A DNA stretch of 60,217 bases. It comes from Octopus bimaculoides. Lineage: Eukaryota. The stretch lies in contig NC_068990.1 in the NCBI RefSeq assembly GCF_001194135.2, forward strand, positions 8,518,742 through 8,578,958. Reading direction: 5' to 3'. Shown in pieces: positions 37,901 to 50,501 of the stretch. Every line of letters begins with the position of its first letter. Position 1 is the first letter of the stretch. The notes beneath the pieces were generated by a model. It did not search any database. It was not told the DNA's origin and worked only from the letters and a program-made list of their open reading frames with translations. Both the position numbers and the translations under genes were made by a program.

Positions 37901-40900
37901 GTTAGTTTTTCACAGTTCGTCTGTAAACTTCCCTTGTTGCCTAGGGTGAAAAATACTTCCAATGTATAAGTTTGTTTTGATCGTAAGGAATAAACACCTG
38001 GTAGGAAAAGTGAGAGATTCTATCAACAATCACAGAAAAAAAATCACTTCGAATTCTGCACACCAACTTTCATACCATAAAGAAGTCACCTGTTCATTTC
38101 TAAATAAAATTATTTTGTTCTCTGTCTACAATATTTTAAGCTGATGTTTTATAACTTATTAAAATATATTTTTTTAATGAGATGGAAAGATCAACAATTT
38201 TATTTTCACGACATTTTTACGAAATGACAAATGATAAAATATTTCAGAGTTACTTACGAAATAAAAAGACTTTTTTTCAATATATATCTGATTATGTGTT
38301 TCTGAAATGTTTTCTATTACAATTTTATTTCATTCTTCGCAATAATGTATGAGCTATTGATTATTGCAAAACAATATTTCAACTTTTTAATACTATCGCT
38401 CACGTATAATTACTAAACTTTAATCTGCAGTAAAAGCAATTATATGTATATCAAAATGAATGATGGAACTTATGCTAATATCGTACAAAGAATTTACATA
38501 AGTCGGAATGCTTACAATTCTTTCCAATGATAAATAAAATTACCATACAAAATGGTTACATAAATATTCATGCATTGTGGCTTAAAATAAATCATCGATA
38601 CATATGTGCGTGTGTGTCTGTGTGTGGCTGTGTGTGGCTGTCTAAGTGTGTTTCGTGTTATTATGTGCGTGTGAGTGTGTGTGTATGTGAGTATGTGTAA
38701 TGTTTGACACTTTCATATAAGCACATAAAATGACAGTGATAAATTGAGCCGACGTCTGCTGGTCTTTTTTTAATCAGTGATATCTATTCCTATCTATAAT
38801 TTAGTTATCATTGACTTCGAAGGAGCAGGAAATAGATATTTACTATCATTCTGGTAGTTTCAAAAGAGATTAGTAAAAATAAGTAAAGCGAGGTCATTCT
38901 CATCATAACATTAAACCTGAAAAATAAACGCTGCCTCAGTTATTCTCAAAACAGGATCTATTTTTATAGCCACCTAAGAAAAATATTCGTCTCTCACATC
39001 CAAATCTGTTTGATCGCTTTAAACAAAGAAACAGAGCTTCGGCCAAAGCACAAAATACAATCCCTAAAAAATATTTATGACGCATACGTGATCGTGAACA
39101 TCGTACTTTAAACAAACATTACAAACTACATAATAGCAACCATTGGGCACTTTTAACGAACATACCCGCGCCCGATAATGCTTATATATTTGTGCGAATT
39201 ATAGAATGGATGAATTATTTTCACAATTGTAGAAAACACAAGTCTTTTAATAGCTTCAATTCCTTAGTAGCCTTCATGTATAATGAAGTATCAAAAGTTT
39301 GATTGCATTTAAAGACGTGCTTACGAAAACAATTCAAATAGAGTTTTTGATGCACCGGTGATTAGGTCGCAGAAGTGGGACTAAAATTAACTGTTTTATA
39401 GTATGGCTTAGCGTAAGGATTCACTGCGTAATCATATCATCTTTAATATTCAGAAATTTTAAAAAATTATTCATGCCAGTATATCGTTGACAAATACATG
39501 GTATTGAGATAAATTGACAGGATTTTATGTCAGTCATGTTTATGTCTACAGCCCGAACTAAATACTCTAGTGTCATCGTGATGTACTCTGTAAAAACTTA
39601 TGCATCCGGAAATTAGAATTTTTAGCACGCTATCACTAACTTTCCATTCGATTCGTCTGTTTACTTCGCTCGTTTCCGTGATAAGAAGGTGCCGTTTACC
39701 CAAGCTATTTTACTTCAGCTCTGTGCCATAATTTCTTTTCTTTCTAAGTCCGCTGTTCAATTAAATTTTTGTTCTCACTTTTCAAAATGCACCACTTCGA
39801 GATACGTCCATATTTCTTTTATTGCGTTTTCAATAACTTGCTTAAGTGACTCTTCTAGTCTACATAATTGCACCTTCTATAAGCTATTCTAATTTGTATC
39901 CTTAGGATATAAAACTAAATTGCATTTATCTTTGTGAATTCATGTCCCTTTAGTTCGCTGATCGGGTGTCACTGAACGTTGGTTTCGAGAACGAGTGTCA
40001 TTTTCCAGCAAACGGGTCTCTACCTTGTCTAGGCCTATTGTATAGCTCACAATATTGTGGAGTGTATAGCAAAGCACCATGAACTGGGTCACCCTAGCTG
40101 TATCTATTCTATAACTTAACAAAAACCGTAATACGATCTGGGAGAGCCGCTGCGGTTTGATTGTAGTCAATGATTGTGCTTTTAACAAATCTATATTCAA
40201 TACCCACCAAATTGTTGGAAATGTCTGGGCAAGTCATTTCAACAACAACCAAATACACTACATGGGCGTGTACCTAGAATGCATTATGTCTAGGATGTCT
40301 TACTAACACTTATGTTCCTAGGAAATTTTTTAGAAATCCGAACAAATCTGATACTTGGTCCCTGTCGGATCATGAATAGAGAAAAGACTCTAGGCATTCT
40401 CTATAGAGCAGCAATCATGTAAGAAAGGCTAGACCATGTCCAATTCGGATTGAAACACTTCGTCTATCATCTCCCATTTGTTGCCTAGTGTGAGAAATAG
40501 CTATGATGTCCAAAATAGTTCTAAATAAAGTCATATTCTGTTTACTAGAACACATTTCAACTTCTCATGAAAAGTTATCACTTATTAAAAAAATTTAATT
40601 ATTTCCAATGCGTTTATAACAATCTGCCGCTACAGATACGCAACCCAATTTCGTAATTGAATTGTGTAAATGGCATGTATCTAATTGGAGCTTATTAAAT
40701 AAACACACATTAACCAAATGTGAAAACAGTTTTATTATTTGATTTGGCACTATTATTGAACATATTTTATTATTTTTTTGTTCTTGAAAATTTTTAATTC
40801 TGAAAATAATTTAAAAAATTAATTGAAAGAGAGAGACGCAAAGTAAATCACACATGCAAGTAAAACCATACATTTACTTGTGCAAAGCGGAGAGGCTACA

Positions 40901-41029
40901 GTAATCTCAAGCATTCAAACATTGGCAATACATTGCATGCGGTAATAAAGAAAGTATACTGTCACGACCAATACCATTTCACTTGATATTAGATCTGTAC
41001 CAGTTATATCTTTGACAATCCTGCATGTT

Positions 41030-42700
41030 GTCATATAAGTGTCTCTCAACTTTTGGCTCTGAAATAGCCATTAGCAAAACATGTTTCTTCAAATACAGTA
41101 TATTAACTGTCAATGGAATTGATTGAGCGACACAGCAAATCTGGAAACTAACATCTTATAAATCGAAAAGTCAAATTTGATGGTATGTGTGGTATTCTGG
41201 GTTGTACCGCATGAGATGTCTTGATAACATGTGTTATAACCTTCTTAGTCATTAATCATCTGGTATAGCATGGCCCCTAATTGATCTAAAATGCACAGCT
41301 ATATTATACGAAATACTTCCCTTGGTCAGAAGGTTGTGTAGTAGTGAAACCAAATGTTCCATGAATTTTCAAATTCCACAGGATATTGATCTATTTCTTT
41401 GTAGCCCACAATACTATACTATTAAGGATCTCTAGATATGGAAATTTTCTTGAAGTGCTTGGAACAGAAGCTGCTTCGTCATGTCTGCCTAAATACATTT
41501 TCTTACTGACACATGCTTGTCAATATATGTTGCGGAAAGTCTCTAATTTTAATTCATCAGATATTTTAACTATAGGGATAATACAAGCAGCATGTAGTGC
41601 CATTTCTATCGAAATTATATTTCCCATCCACTTAAGACTTATTGTCATGCATGTTCTGAAATGTCTTGTGCAACATTGTTCATTCATGTCAGACAATCAT
41701 TTGGAATCTGTTAAGAAATATGTTTCTGAATTCTTGATAATATTGCAAGCAGATGCAAAATTTCCGCCTAAGGTCAAATGAACCATGAAAGCAGAATCCT
41801 GTATATGAACCTAGAAATGATTGTGACGACAATACCTGAAGAAACAACAGCAGCATCTATGCATTTATGTTGATAAACTTGGGACAACAATAGACTGAAA
41901 AAGCATTTATTTTCACTGTACCATGAAGAGTAAACAAGTAAATCCCCGCTTCTTGTTGTCAAACGCTGGATGAGCTGCCATTGACCTATGATATTAATGT
42001 GTCAATATTATATGATGTATCTGCGGAAGATTATTGACGTTAGTACGATTACGTTGAGGGAGACTGTACTTCTGAAATTCTAGCTTACTTACTGTCGATT
42101 TTTCAGTAAACTTTATCTTATTGCTGGGGAGCATACGTTGAGTTTGATCCATTACATCTTCGGCAAAGTCATCGCGATGCTTGAGCCAATACAGAATAAG
42201 ATTGGATGCTTTATAGCGTGTGAATATCATAGTGATATAAACCTTAAATTTCTTGGATGTTTGAAATGCAGGTACTTGTGATGATTTCGTATCCCACTGA
42301 GTAATACTCTCCAACAATCAAACTGTAGTGCATGTCTTTCTTTGTAGGTGGTGCACACTTCTAATCCATTGAATATTCGAAGATATTGAAATTACCAAAT
42401 TACCTTCAAGTTAGGGCTTTATGGTGATATATTGGAAAGAGGCATTCATATTGAGTGGCATATACAAATATATTCTTTCCTGATAGTACATTCAAACCAT
42501 TATCTTGATTTTCAAAGCAATCATATTGCTATCTAATTCTGCTTTGTTCGATATTCCAAATATATTAGGTCGAAGTCTGATGGTACAGAAATGTTTTTGG
42601 AAACAGATTTTGCTGGCACATCGTCATAACTGTTTAACGCCTGTATCTCTGGATTTCTGCTTGCTGTGCAGCAGATGTGTGAGTAACGTCAGCGGGCTAG
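41030..42700 (-). mobile_element. Helitron RepHel (PIF1-like helicase) remnant
   Basis: Minus strand in order: LLESITQWD..LYWLKHRDDFAEDVMDQ..KYSLPQRNR; GDLLVYSSWYSENKCFFSLLLSQVYQHKCIDAAVVSSGIVVT (decayed motif I/Ia); CNII..; PRIPHIPSNLTFRFIRC*FP (41142-41201; PRI..IP..F.R.QFP motif). Confidence 0.85.
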
Positions 42701-43250
42701 CCGTTTGCGAAGTGGACAGAATAGTATTTAATACTAAGTGATTTTCATGTATGAGTAAGACGGAAACACGCAAGGAATTTATTACGGTTGATTTGCTGTT
42801 CCAGGGCAATATTGCGAAATCAGTTATAGTTTGAAATATTTTGTTTAGAATTTACGGAATTGGTGAACCATAACTCAAAATTGATGCGGTCATTAAATAA
42901 CTGCGTCAAAACAACGCAATAGAGAATTGTGACTCTGTTGTCGATTTCATGCGGTCCAGCGAAGGCTCGGAACCCCACGTCTATCCGACAGATAACCATC
43001 TCGCCTGTCTGACGTGATTGCTATCTATGAATTATCTCCATTTTACCAGTTCTGACTTGCGCTTTCTCCCAGCACAATCAGCAGCAGAATTACATTGAAA
43101 GAATCTTGTGTTAAAAATGATACATTGCTAAAGAGAAGTATTTAGTGAATGTAAGAGAGAAAAGAAATAATATCAACGAGCGTCAAAAAACGTTCAATGA
43201 GGAGCAGAAAGAAGAAAAAAATAGTAAAAATAAAAACAATACCAACAACA

Positions 43251-43670
43251 AGGCATGGCAGTGTGGTAAAAAGCTTGCTTCGCAACTTCGTGGTTCTGGG
43301 TTCAGTCCCTCTGCGTAGCATTTTGGGCATGTGTCTTCTACTATAGCCTCGGGCCGACCAAAGCCTTGTGAGTGGATTTGGTAGCCGAAAACTGAAAGAA
43401 ATGCGTCTTATATATGTATGTGTGTGTGCGTGTGCGTGTGTGTGTCTATGTTTGTGTCTGTGCTTGTCCCACCACTACCGTTTGACAAACGGTGCAGGTG
43501 TGTTTACGTCCCTGTAACTTAGCAGTTCAGCAAAGGAGAACGATAGAATAAGTACCAGGCTCTGAAAGATGAAATTTAGTGTTGGATTCGACATATTCGA
43601 TTAAAAATTCTTCAAGGTAGTGCCCCAGCATGGTCACAGTCAAATGACTGAAACAAGTAAAAGAATAAAA
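43251..43670 (+). mobile_element. Full-length tRNA-derived SINE with internal (GT)n and A-rich tail
   Basis: Head ggcatggcagtgtggtaaaaagc..gggttcagtccc (A/B-box-like), central microsatellite, tail ccccagcatggtcacagtcaaatgactgaaacaagtaaaagaataaa. Confidence 0.9.
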
Positions 43671-43915
43671 AAACAAAAAAAGTTACAAAAGCAACAATAG
43701 CTTTACCAACTATAAATTCCATTCTGCCTTACAGCTGTTCGAAAGAAGAAGTAATTGGTGGCGTTCCTAAAATTACCCTCAATTAAACACGTGATTAAAC
43801 CACCAACAAGCAACACTGACAGTAACTATCACACCAACAACCAATGAACTAACCCTTATGAAGTTCGCATCATAGATCTGGTTTCATAACTGATTAGCTT
43901 CTTGAGGGTTCTATA

Positions 43916-44535
43916 TATTGTGTCATCTCAAAAATAATGTTTTTTTAATACTTTTATTCTTCAAAATTAAGATAAACAAAATTCTTTTTTAATCTAAAAT
44001 ATACTCTCCTCCATTTTCTACAATGCTCTTCCATCTATCTGGTAGACTTTCAAGGCCTCTCTTCTCCTCCAATACTGTTTGACCTCGTCTACAGAAATCA
44101 TACTTTTCTGTCCAAATGATTTTGAAGAGTGCGGAATAAATGATAATCAGATGGGGCGTGTCCGGCGAATATGGTGGGTGGAGCATCGTTTCCCATTAAA
44201 ACTGCTCCAGCCTTTGGAATGTCATCCTCGCTGCATGTGGCCGAGCATTATCCTGATAGAAGAACACCTCTCATCTTGAAACAAAAGATGGTCCATTTCT
44301 GATGGCACGCTGGTGTCGATGAATGATTGAATGACCAAATCCAAGCCTCTCTGCTAATTCCTCAACAGTTACGATGGGATCTTGTTCAGGTTTTGCAAGA
44401 CGCCCTCGTCGAGCCCTGCAGGTCTTCCAGGACGAGGCTGGTCTTCTAGGCAATAGTTCTATGCTATTGCGTGCCACCTCTCACTTTTAGTTCATGCAAT
44501 TGAAAAAAACACATTATTTATGGGATGGTCCAATA
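43916..44535 (-). mobile_element. Internally deleted mariner element with both TIRs and TA TSD
   Basis: TIRs tattgtgtcatctcaaaaataatgttttttt and rc(tattggaccatcccataaataatgtgttttttt); TA at 43914-15 and 44536-37. Encodes EQDPIVTVEELAERLGFGHSIIHRH (HTH) and HPPYSPD..LESLPDRWKSIVENGGEYILD*. Confidence 0.92.
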
Positions 44536-45273
44536 TATACAGTAATGAATTTAATCATGGTCAGTTCCTTTGTGTTGCGCTGTTAATGTTGATGTTGCTG
44601 TTGTTGTTGTTGTGTCATACGTTGGTGTAATCGCATGTTTGGTTGTTCGTAATTCTATGGACGTCATCAATTTCTTAATCTTCTTCCGAACATCAGCGAA
44701 GTTGAGGAGGGTTCAGTAGTCGATATTGATTTTTTTTCGGTTTTTGTTCTTGTTGCTATTATAATTTTCATTATTGTTAGTCGTTTCATTCTTGCTAAGT
44801 TTGGGTTCCAGTGTGCTTATTGTTAGAGATTTATGCCGTCGTTGCAATTTTTGCTGACGCTGTTGTTTTTATTTTTCTTCCTGTTGTAGTTCCTCTTCAA
44901 TATCGTCGTCATCATTATCACACCCTCTCATTACCAGAGGTCCGTCACATTAAGACACATTACTTCTTTGACTTTTGACCTACCAGGTTTTCAGAATTGC
45001 TATATGTAAACCCGAACATATGGAGATTTCTGTATTCATCTCCATCCCTGGATGATGAGTTCACGAAAGGCAAATACATCTGTATGTCCATATGAGCTTC
45101 ATCTTTCTTGTTGTTTGATTTTTCGGCTTATTTAAGAAAGTTATAAGACATAGATATTTTGATAGAGTACGACATGTATGTTTGTCCTTATTGATAGACG
45201 TTGTTTTAGTTCTGTACGTTTGTTGTCTGCGATGATCAAGTTAACTATTCGTTTGTCAATATTCTAAAAGTGT

Positions 45274-45480
45274 AAGACTGCGAGCTGGCAGAATTGTTAG
45301 CACGCCGGACAAAATGTTTGGCAGCATTTCGTCCGTCTTTACGTGTTGTGCTTAAATTCGCCGAGATCGACTTTACCTTTCAACCCTTCGGGATCGATAA
45401 AATAAGTACCAGTTGAACACTTGGGTTGACGTAATCTACTTAACCCCTCCTTCAAAATTGCTGGCTTCTACCAAAATTTT
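45274..45480 (+). mobile_element. SINE of the gagctggcagaa family
   Basis: gcgagctggcagaattgttagcacgccggacaaaatg..gatcgactttacctttcaacccttcgggatcgataaaataagtaccagttg. Confidence 0.88.
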
Positions 45481-45599
45481 AATTTCTACGGATGTGTCGG
45501 GGTTTAGTTTTATTGTATTTTATTTATTTTCTTTTGATTTGTCTATCTATATCCTTTCTTATGTCTTCAGTTGCTGGTTTTATTTTCATTAGTTGTGTT

Positions 45600-46050
45600 T
45601 TTGCTATGCATTTTTCATTTCTGATTTTTGCTATGCACTTTTCTCGATTCCTGATTTTTTTCTGACATTTCAATTATATCATTTTAACATTGCTTGCGGT
45701 TTATTAGTTGAATATTATTTTTTAGTTTTCCAATGTATACCGTTTAAATCATATATTATCGTCCTTTTTTTGATTTGAAGTGTATTGTGAAGGTGTAAAG
45801 TATGCATGCAGATGAAAAACCTATTTCCCGTATGCCCATTTATGGCTTAGGTTGATTATTATTTGCGAGGCTTATGAGATTATGCCCCTGATTTATTTAT
45901 ATTGCTACATTTTCCATTGGGTGTCGGCTTATTTGATTCTGGAAAGGTCGAGATGACTTAATGGAATATTTATTGTATTTATATGTATCGTGTTTAAAGC
46001 ATGCATTCCCTTCGGGTGAATGATGCAGTTTTTATTTGAATAGTTTCTCT
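45600..46050 (-). mobile_element. Possible very decayed Penelope GIY-YIG relic
   Basis: Only VYIGKLKNN and a GKC-like motif are readable. Confidence 0.3.
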
Positions 46051-46130
46051 ACTCTTAGTGGAGTGGACATATACATATATAGTGTGTCTACACGTAATGT
46101 ACACCATGTATCTTTACACTAGGAATATTT

Positions 46131-46288
46131 ATTATACATTAATTAAAGGCCCGAAAGACCTATAACTTTTAAATGTATTACACATTTATTCTGCGAAATA
46201 TTTGTCCGTTTTTCAATTTTTTGCATTCTAATTACTGTTAATAGACAGGATTCTAAACAGTCAAATAGGAGCCACGTATAGAGACTTA
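46131..46288 (+). repeat. Unclassified dispersed repeat, copy 2
   Basis: Direct-orientation match to 37741-37900. Confidence 0.85.
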
Positions 46289-47050
46289 TTATTAGATCTT
46301 TTACTGTTTTAATATTTTATGTTTTTTTTTCATTTTGGTATTGTTACAACTGTTCTTTAGTAGTAGTGCTAATTTATAAATGACTCCTATACAAAAATGG
46401 AGAAAAGGGTTAGCTTGGAAAAGCCAGAATACTTGTAAAATAAACATTATATTAATTTTTAGTACATAATACGTATTTTGTATTTTCTCTTATATTGGTA
46501 TAACTTAACAATAAAGATATTTTTGATCCAGGTGGATTTTCGATCGTCAAAATATCAAATATTCTCCATAACATTTATTTCTTTGTCGAATTCTTTACTT
46601 CATTTCAGTATACCCAAAATGTATTTTATTGATTTAATGACTAACAACAGAGATCTATATTTACGGCAGGAATACAAAATTTCTTCCTGGTGGATACAGC
46701 TGCGTAGTTAAAAGTTATTAGATGACGGTTGAGCTATCCAGACTTTCAAATATAATAGAATGAGAGAGCTAGAAAAAAGCTGTTTTTGTTCATATGAACG
46801 GCAATAACATAGACATTGTGAAGAAGAGAAATATAATGATATTCAAGTAAAGAACCTGCATAAACATATAAACTTATACTACATGTTTCAGGAATTCAAA
46901 AGACCAAAGGGGTAAACTCTAAAATGCACACTTTCACACACAAATGCGTGTATATACTTATATATACAAACACATACTTCATACGTATACATATATATGC
47001 GTGTGTGTACGTATGTGTGAATGCATGTGTGCATGTGTGTATGGATGCAA

Positions 47051-47090
<40 letters not shown>

Positions 47091-47721
47091 GCATCTATAC
47101 AGATGGCGTTGTAGTTATTCATCCCATTATATATCATGTGTGAAACTATGTATAATGTAAGGTAATTAATATTTTATTTGACGCATAACATCACAGAAAA
47201 GCTACGCAACATGCCACAATTTTATGTGTAATGAAATTTCCATATAATGTACAAAGAAAAGTTTTGACATTTTATATCATACAATACTTTTTAAAAAACC
47301 ATATGGAATGTTTGCAGACATTTCAATGAAATTCATGATCATTTTCAAGAGCATTTCGCTGGGATAAGAGACAGAGCTTACTAGATTGATTAGTATTAAG
47401 GCTTGAGGCGAGGCCAAAGTATAGATCTAGTATGAATGATTCCAAAGAAGATGCAAACTAAAAACACGTTGGTTATCTTCAGCTAAATTTACCAAGATGT
47501 CTGCTGGGAGGAAGGTAAAAGAGATTAAGTCTAGCACGTAGATTTAACCGCTACATAATAATACATTGGATTATCAGAGCCCGAACAACTTGATGAAGAA
47601 TGTCACTAGGCTACTAAACACTAGGGTGTTTAGTCCCGTGGAAATAGTTCCAGAAGGTTTCCCGAGTTTCAAATCTTCAGTACGCACGCTCTAAACTACA
47701 TAGGAGATAATNNNNNNNNNN

Positions 47722-47830
47722 GGAAGTGAAAAAGCCTTTACTATTTCGGGCCTACGCTCTTCCACAGAAAGGAACAAGGAACACAACAAGAAACAAGGAG
47801 AGAAAATAACGAATGTGTAGTGGCTTGCGA
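47722..47830 (-). mobile_element. Third copy of the pLTR-like repeat with hammerhead-like motif (47735-47772)
   Basis: Minus strand reads cctttctgtggaagagcgtaggcccgaaatagtaaagg. Confidence 0.6.
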
Positions 47831-49368
47831 TATATATATATATGCAAGATGAAAAGTTTTAATTAAGCTGATAACAAGTTCAGTTCAACCTTTCAGACTA
47901 ACTTCATTTAGGTGAATTTCCTGACCGTATGTGCGAGCGAGTATGTGTGCGAGTGCGTGAGTGTACTTTTGTGTAAGAGTATAAGTGTCTCTATGTGCAA
48001 CAGTAAAATCATATGCATGCGTATATGATTCATATTTATGGAAATATGTAAAACGTACTAAATGGCGTAATGAATCTATGTAATGGAACCTCAATATTCA
48101 ATTTTTTCTTGGCATTTTGAATCTATTTAATGAGTCACAATATTCATATTTTTCTTCGCCATGTTTTTAATAAATAACAGAAATAATTTATAATGAACGC
48201 TAACTGTTGACCATAAATCCATGCCCAAAGAATGAAACGGAAATTTAGTTGCAACAAATGCCTAGTGATAAAATCTATCAAAATATACGAATTAAACACG
48301 ATTTCTATTCTTTCAAGACATGGGTTATATCTCCAGCTATAACTGAGTAGCTGTAGCTGTTGACTCTTTTAAATCTAAGCAGAATATATATTGTATACAC
48401 ACGCACGAAATCTGATGTGAGAATAGCCGGGCTATAATAATGTAGAACATGCCTGTCCAAGCCGAAAAAAAGATCAGACTGAAACATCAAACGCACAAAC
48501 AAAACGAAACTTATGTGCGATCTCGGTTATATTGATCAATTCTGACCCAATCATCGCCTGCGTGGTAGTCAAATGTTATTAGCACACATGAGCTAGACAT
48601 GAAAATGAATAAGATGAAAGTAACCATTGTAACGTATTATAAAACTATCATGGACGAAAGCATTGATACTATATCGAGCTGATAACATTATAGACAATCT
48701 AAACACTATTTTTGTAAAGCACAGTAGACATTTTCATCCAAAACGTTGTCGATTTACTTTTCAACAATTACAGCGACATCTTGCATGTATGAAAATACAA
48801 AACTAATTGCCCACATCTAAAATCTTACTACCTTCTTACTTCACTGCTAGCTGCACCTTCGTGTCTCCGATATGTATGTCAATGTATTTTCAGAGTGTAT
48901 CATGCTGAGTATACACAACACCGGTTTTAGATTAATGCATAGTTTGTTTCATGGTTTTAGTTGTTTCTTTAATGGGATATTTAGTTTCTGACACAATGAT
49001 GTATGATGGTGATTAAGTAAAGTATGCATTGTGTATAATATCTATACCTGCTTAATAGAGACAAGGATCTTGATTTAGTGATGTTGAGCTTTAGAGGATT
49101 TCTGATATGTTCTATGTTGCCTGCACCATTTTGCAAGATTTACGTTACATATTTGTTTTCTTTCAATAGTTTCAATAGTTGTCTTCGACTTCAAAAAATA
49201 TAAACGTAAATGAAATTCAAAAACATAGAAAATGTCCGCATCTCTTAAAGATGCTTTATATTCGAAATCAATAAATCTTCCGTGAGAAATCTCTGATAAC
49301 TTTTAAAACATTTTGCTTTTCGAATGTATAATGGTATAAGTGTTGTTTCCTGGTAGGCTGTACTGTAA

Positions 49369-50501
49369 TACGAGAGTGGACTGAAAAGTTTAAAGGTGGA
49401 CGTTATGTTAGCGCTGTGAATCCTTGGATGCATAAGTTTTACATCTTCATATGAATAACCGCACTCTTTTATTCAAGTGATATCTGACTATTCAAAAAAA
49501 TTTGAAAACTAACTAGTAGAGACTACTCTTGAAAATGCACAAATCGACAAAATGGTGGAGTTATCAAATATCTGCAGAAAAAAAGAAGCTTACCCCCACA
49601 TACAGTCATGGTTACTACACTAGGGAATAACGCTCCAGCTTCATCAACAGTGTAAATGAGGGCAAGCGAATTTAGGAGAGGAGGGTAGAACATGATCCAA
49701 GATCTACATATTCTACAACTGACACCACCGAGGCAAACATTAATCGTGTGCACATGGTAATGGATGACCAGCGATTGACTATAAATCATATACCCATTGC
49801 TATAATGCATATCTCGTGGGAGAATAGAGAATATTTTGCACAACGAATCTGACACGATGAAGGTTTCTTGTTCGGTGGAAACCACGTCTTCTGACACCTG
49901 ATAAAACGTACATCGGGTTAATCACATTACGGTAAAATCTGACATTATTTGAGGCAGCTCCAACTAGTTTCCTTGAAGGTTTCTAAAGTCAGAATGAGCA
50001 AAAGACAAAGAGACAATATATGTAATGGAGACATCCCTCCTCACTTAATTAAAAGAAGGCTAAATTCATTTCAGTAGCAGCGAAGGTGACAGCCGCAGTT
50101 TTTTTTTTGGGGGGGGGGGGGAACTAAAAGCATTGTGATTATTGAGTATCTTCAAAAGGGCCTCACCGTCAATGCCAACTTGCTGAGACATTTACGAAAG
50201 GGTATGAAGACGAAACAACCAGTAAACTGACGAACATATGAGATTGAATAAAAGGTCTTTTTATAATCATCCTAAGCACATAAGAGGCATTTTCGTGCAC
50301 TTTCACAACATTCTTGTCTGTCAGTAGATCTACAGATCCTGAACACAGATCCATCTTTTCTAGGGGATTTATAGGCCTATTGATCCTTACGAATATTATT
50401 ATACAGTTAATAAATTATGAGAGAAAAGTCATTGTTTTCTCGTCTTCATTTTTGTCATTGTTTTTTAAACAATCATTTAGATTCTTGAATCCGCTTGTGT
50501 A
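49369..50501 (+). mobile_element. Decayed near full-span mariner element
   Basis: Starts tacgagagtggactgaaaagttt; degenerate inverted end at 50479-50501 (14/23 match). Broken frames read VIKYLQKK..TLGNNAPASSTV..EANINRVHMVMDDQRLTIN..PRLLTPD, WRHPSS..KVTAAVF and IVIIEYLQKGLTVN. Confidence 0.85.
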
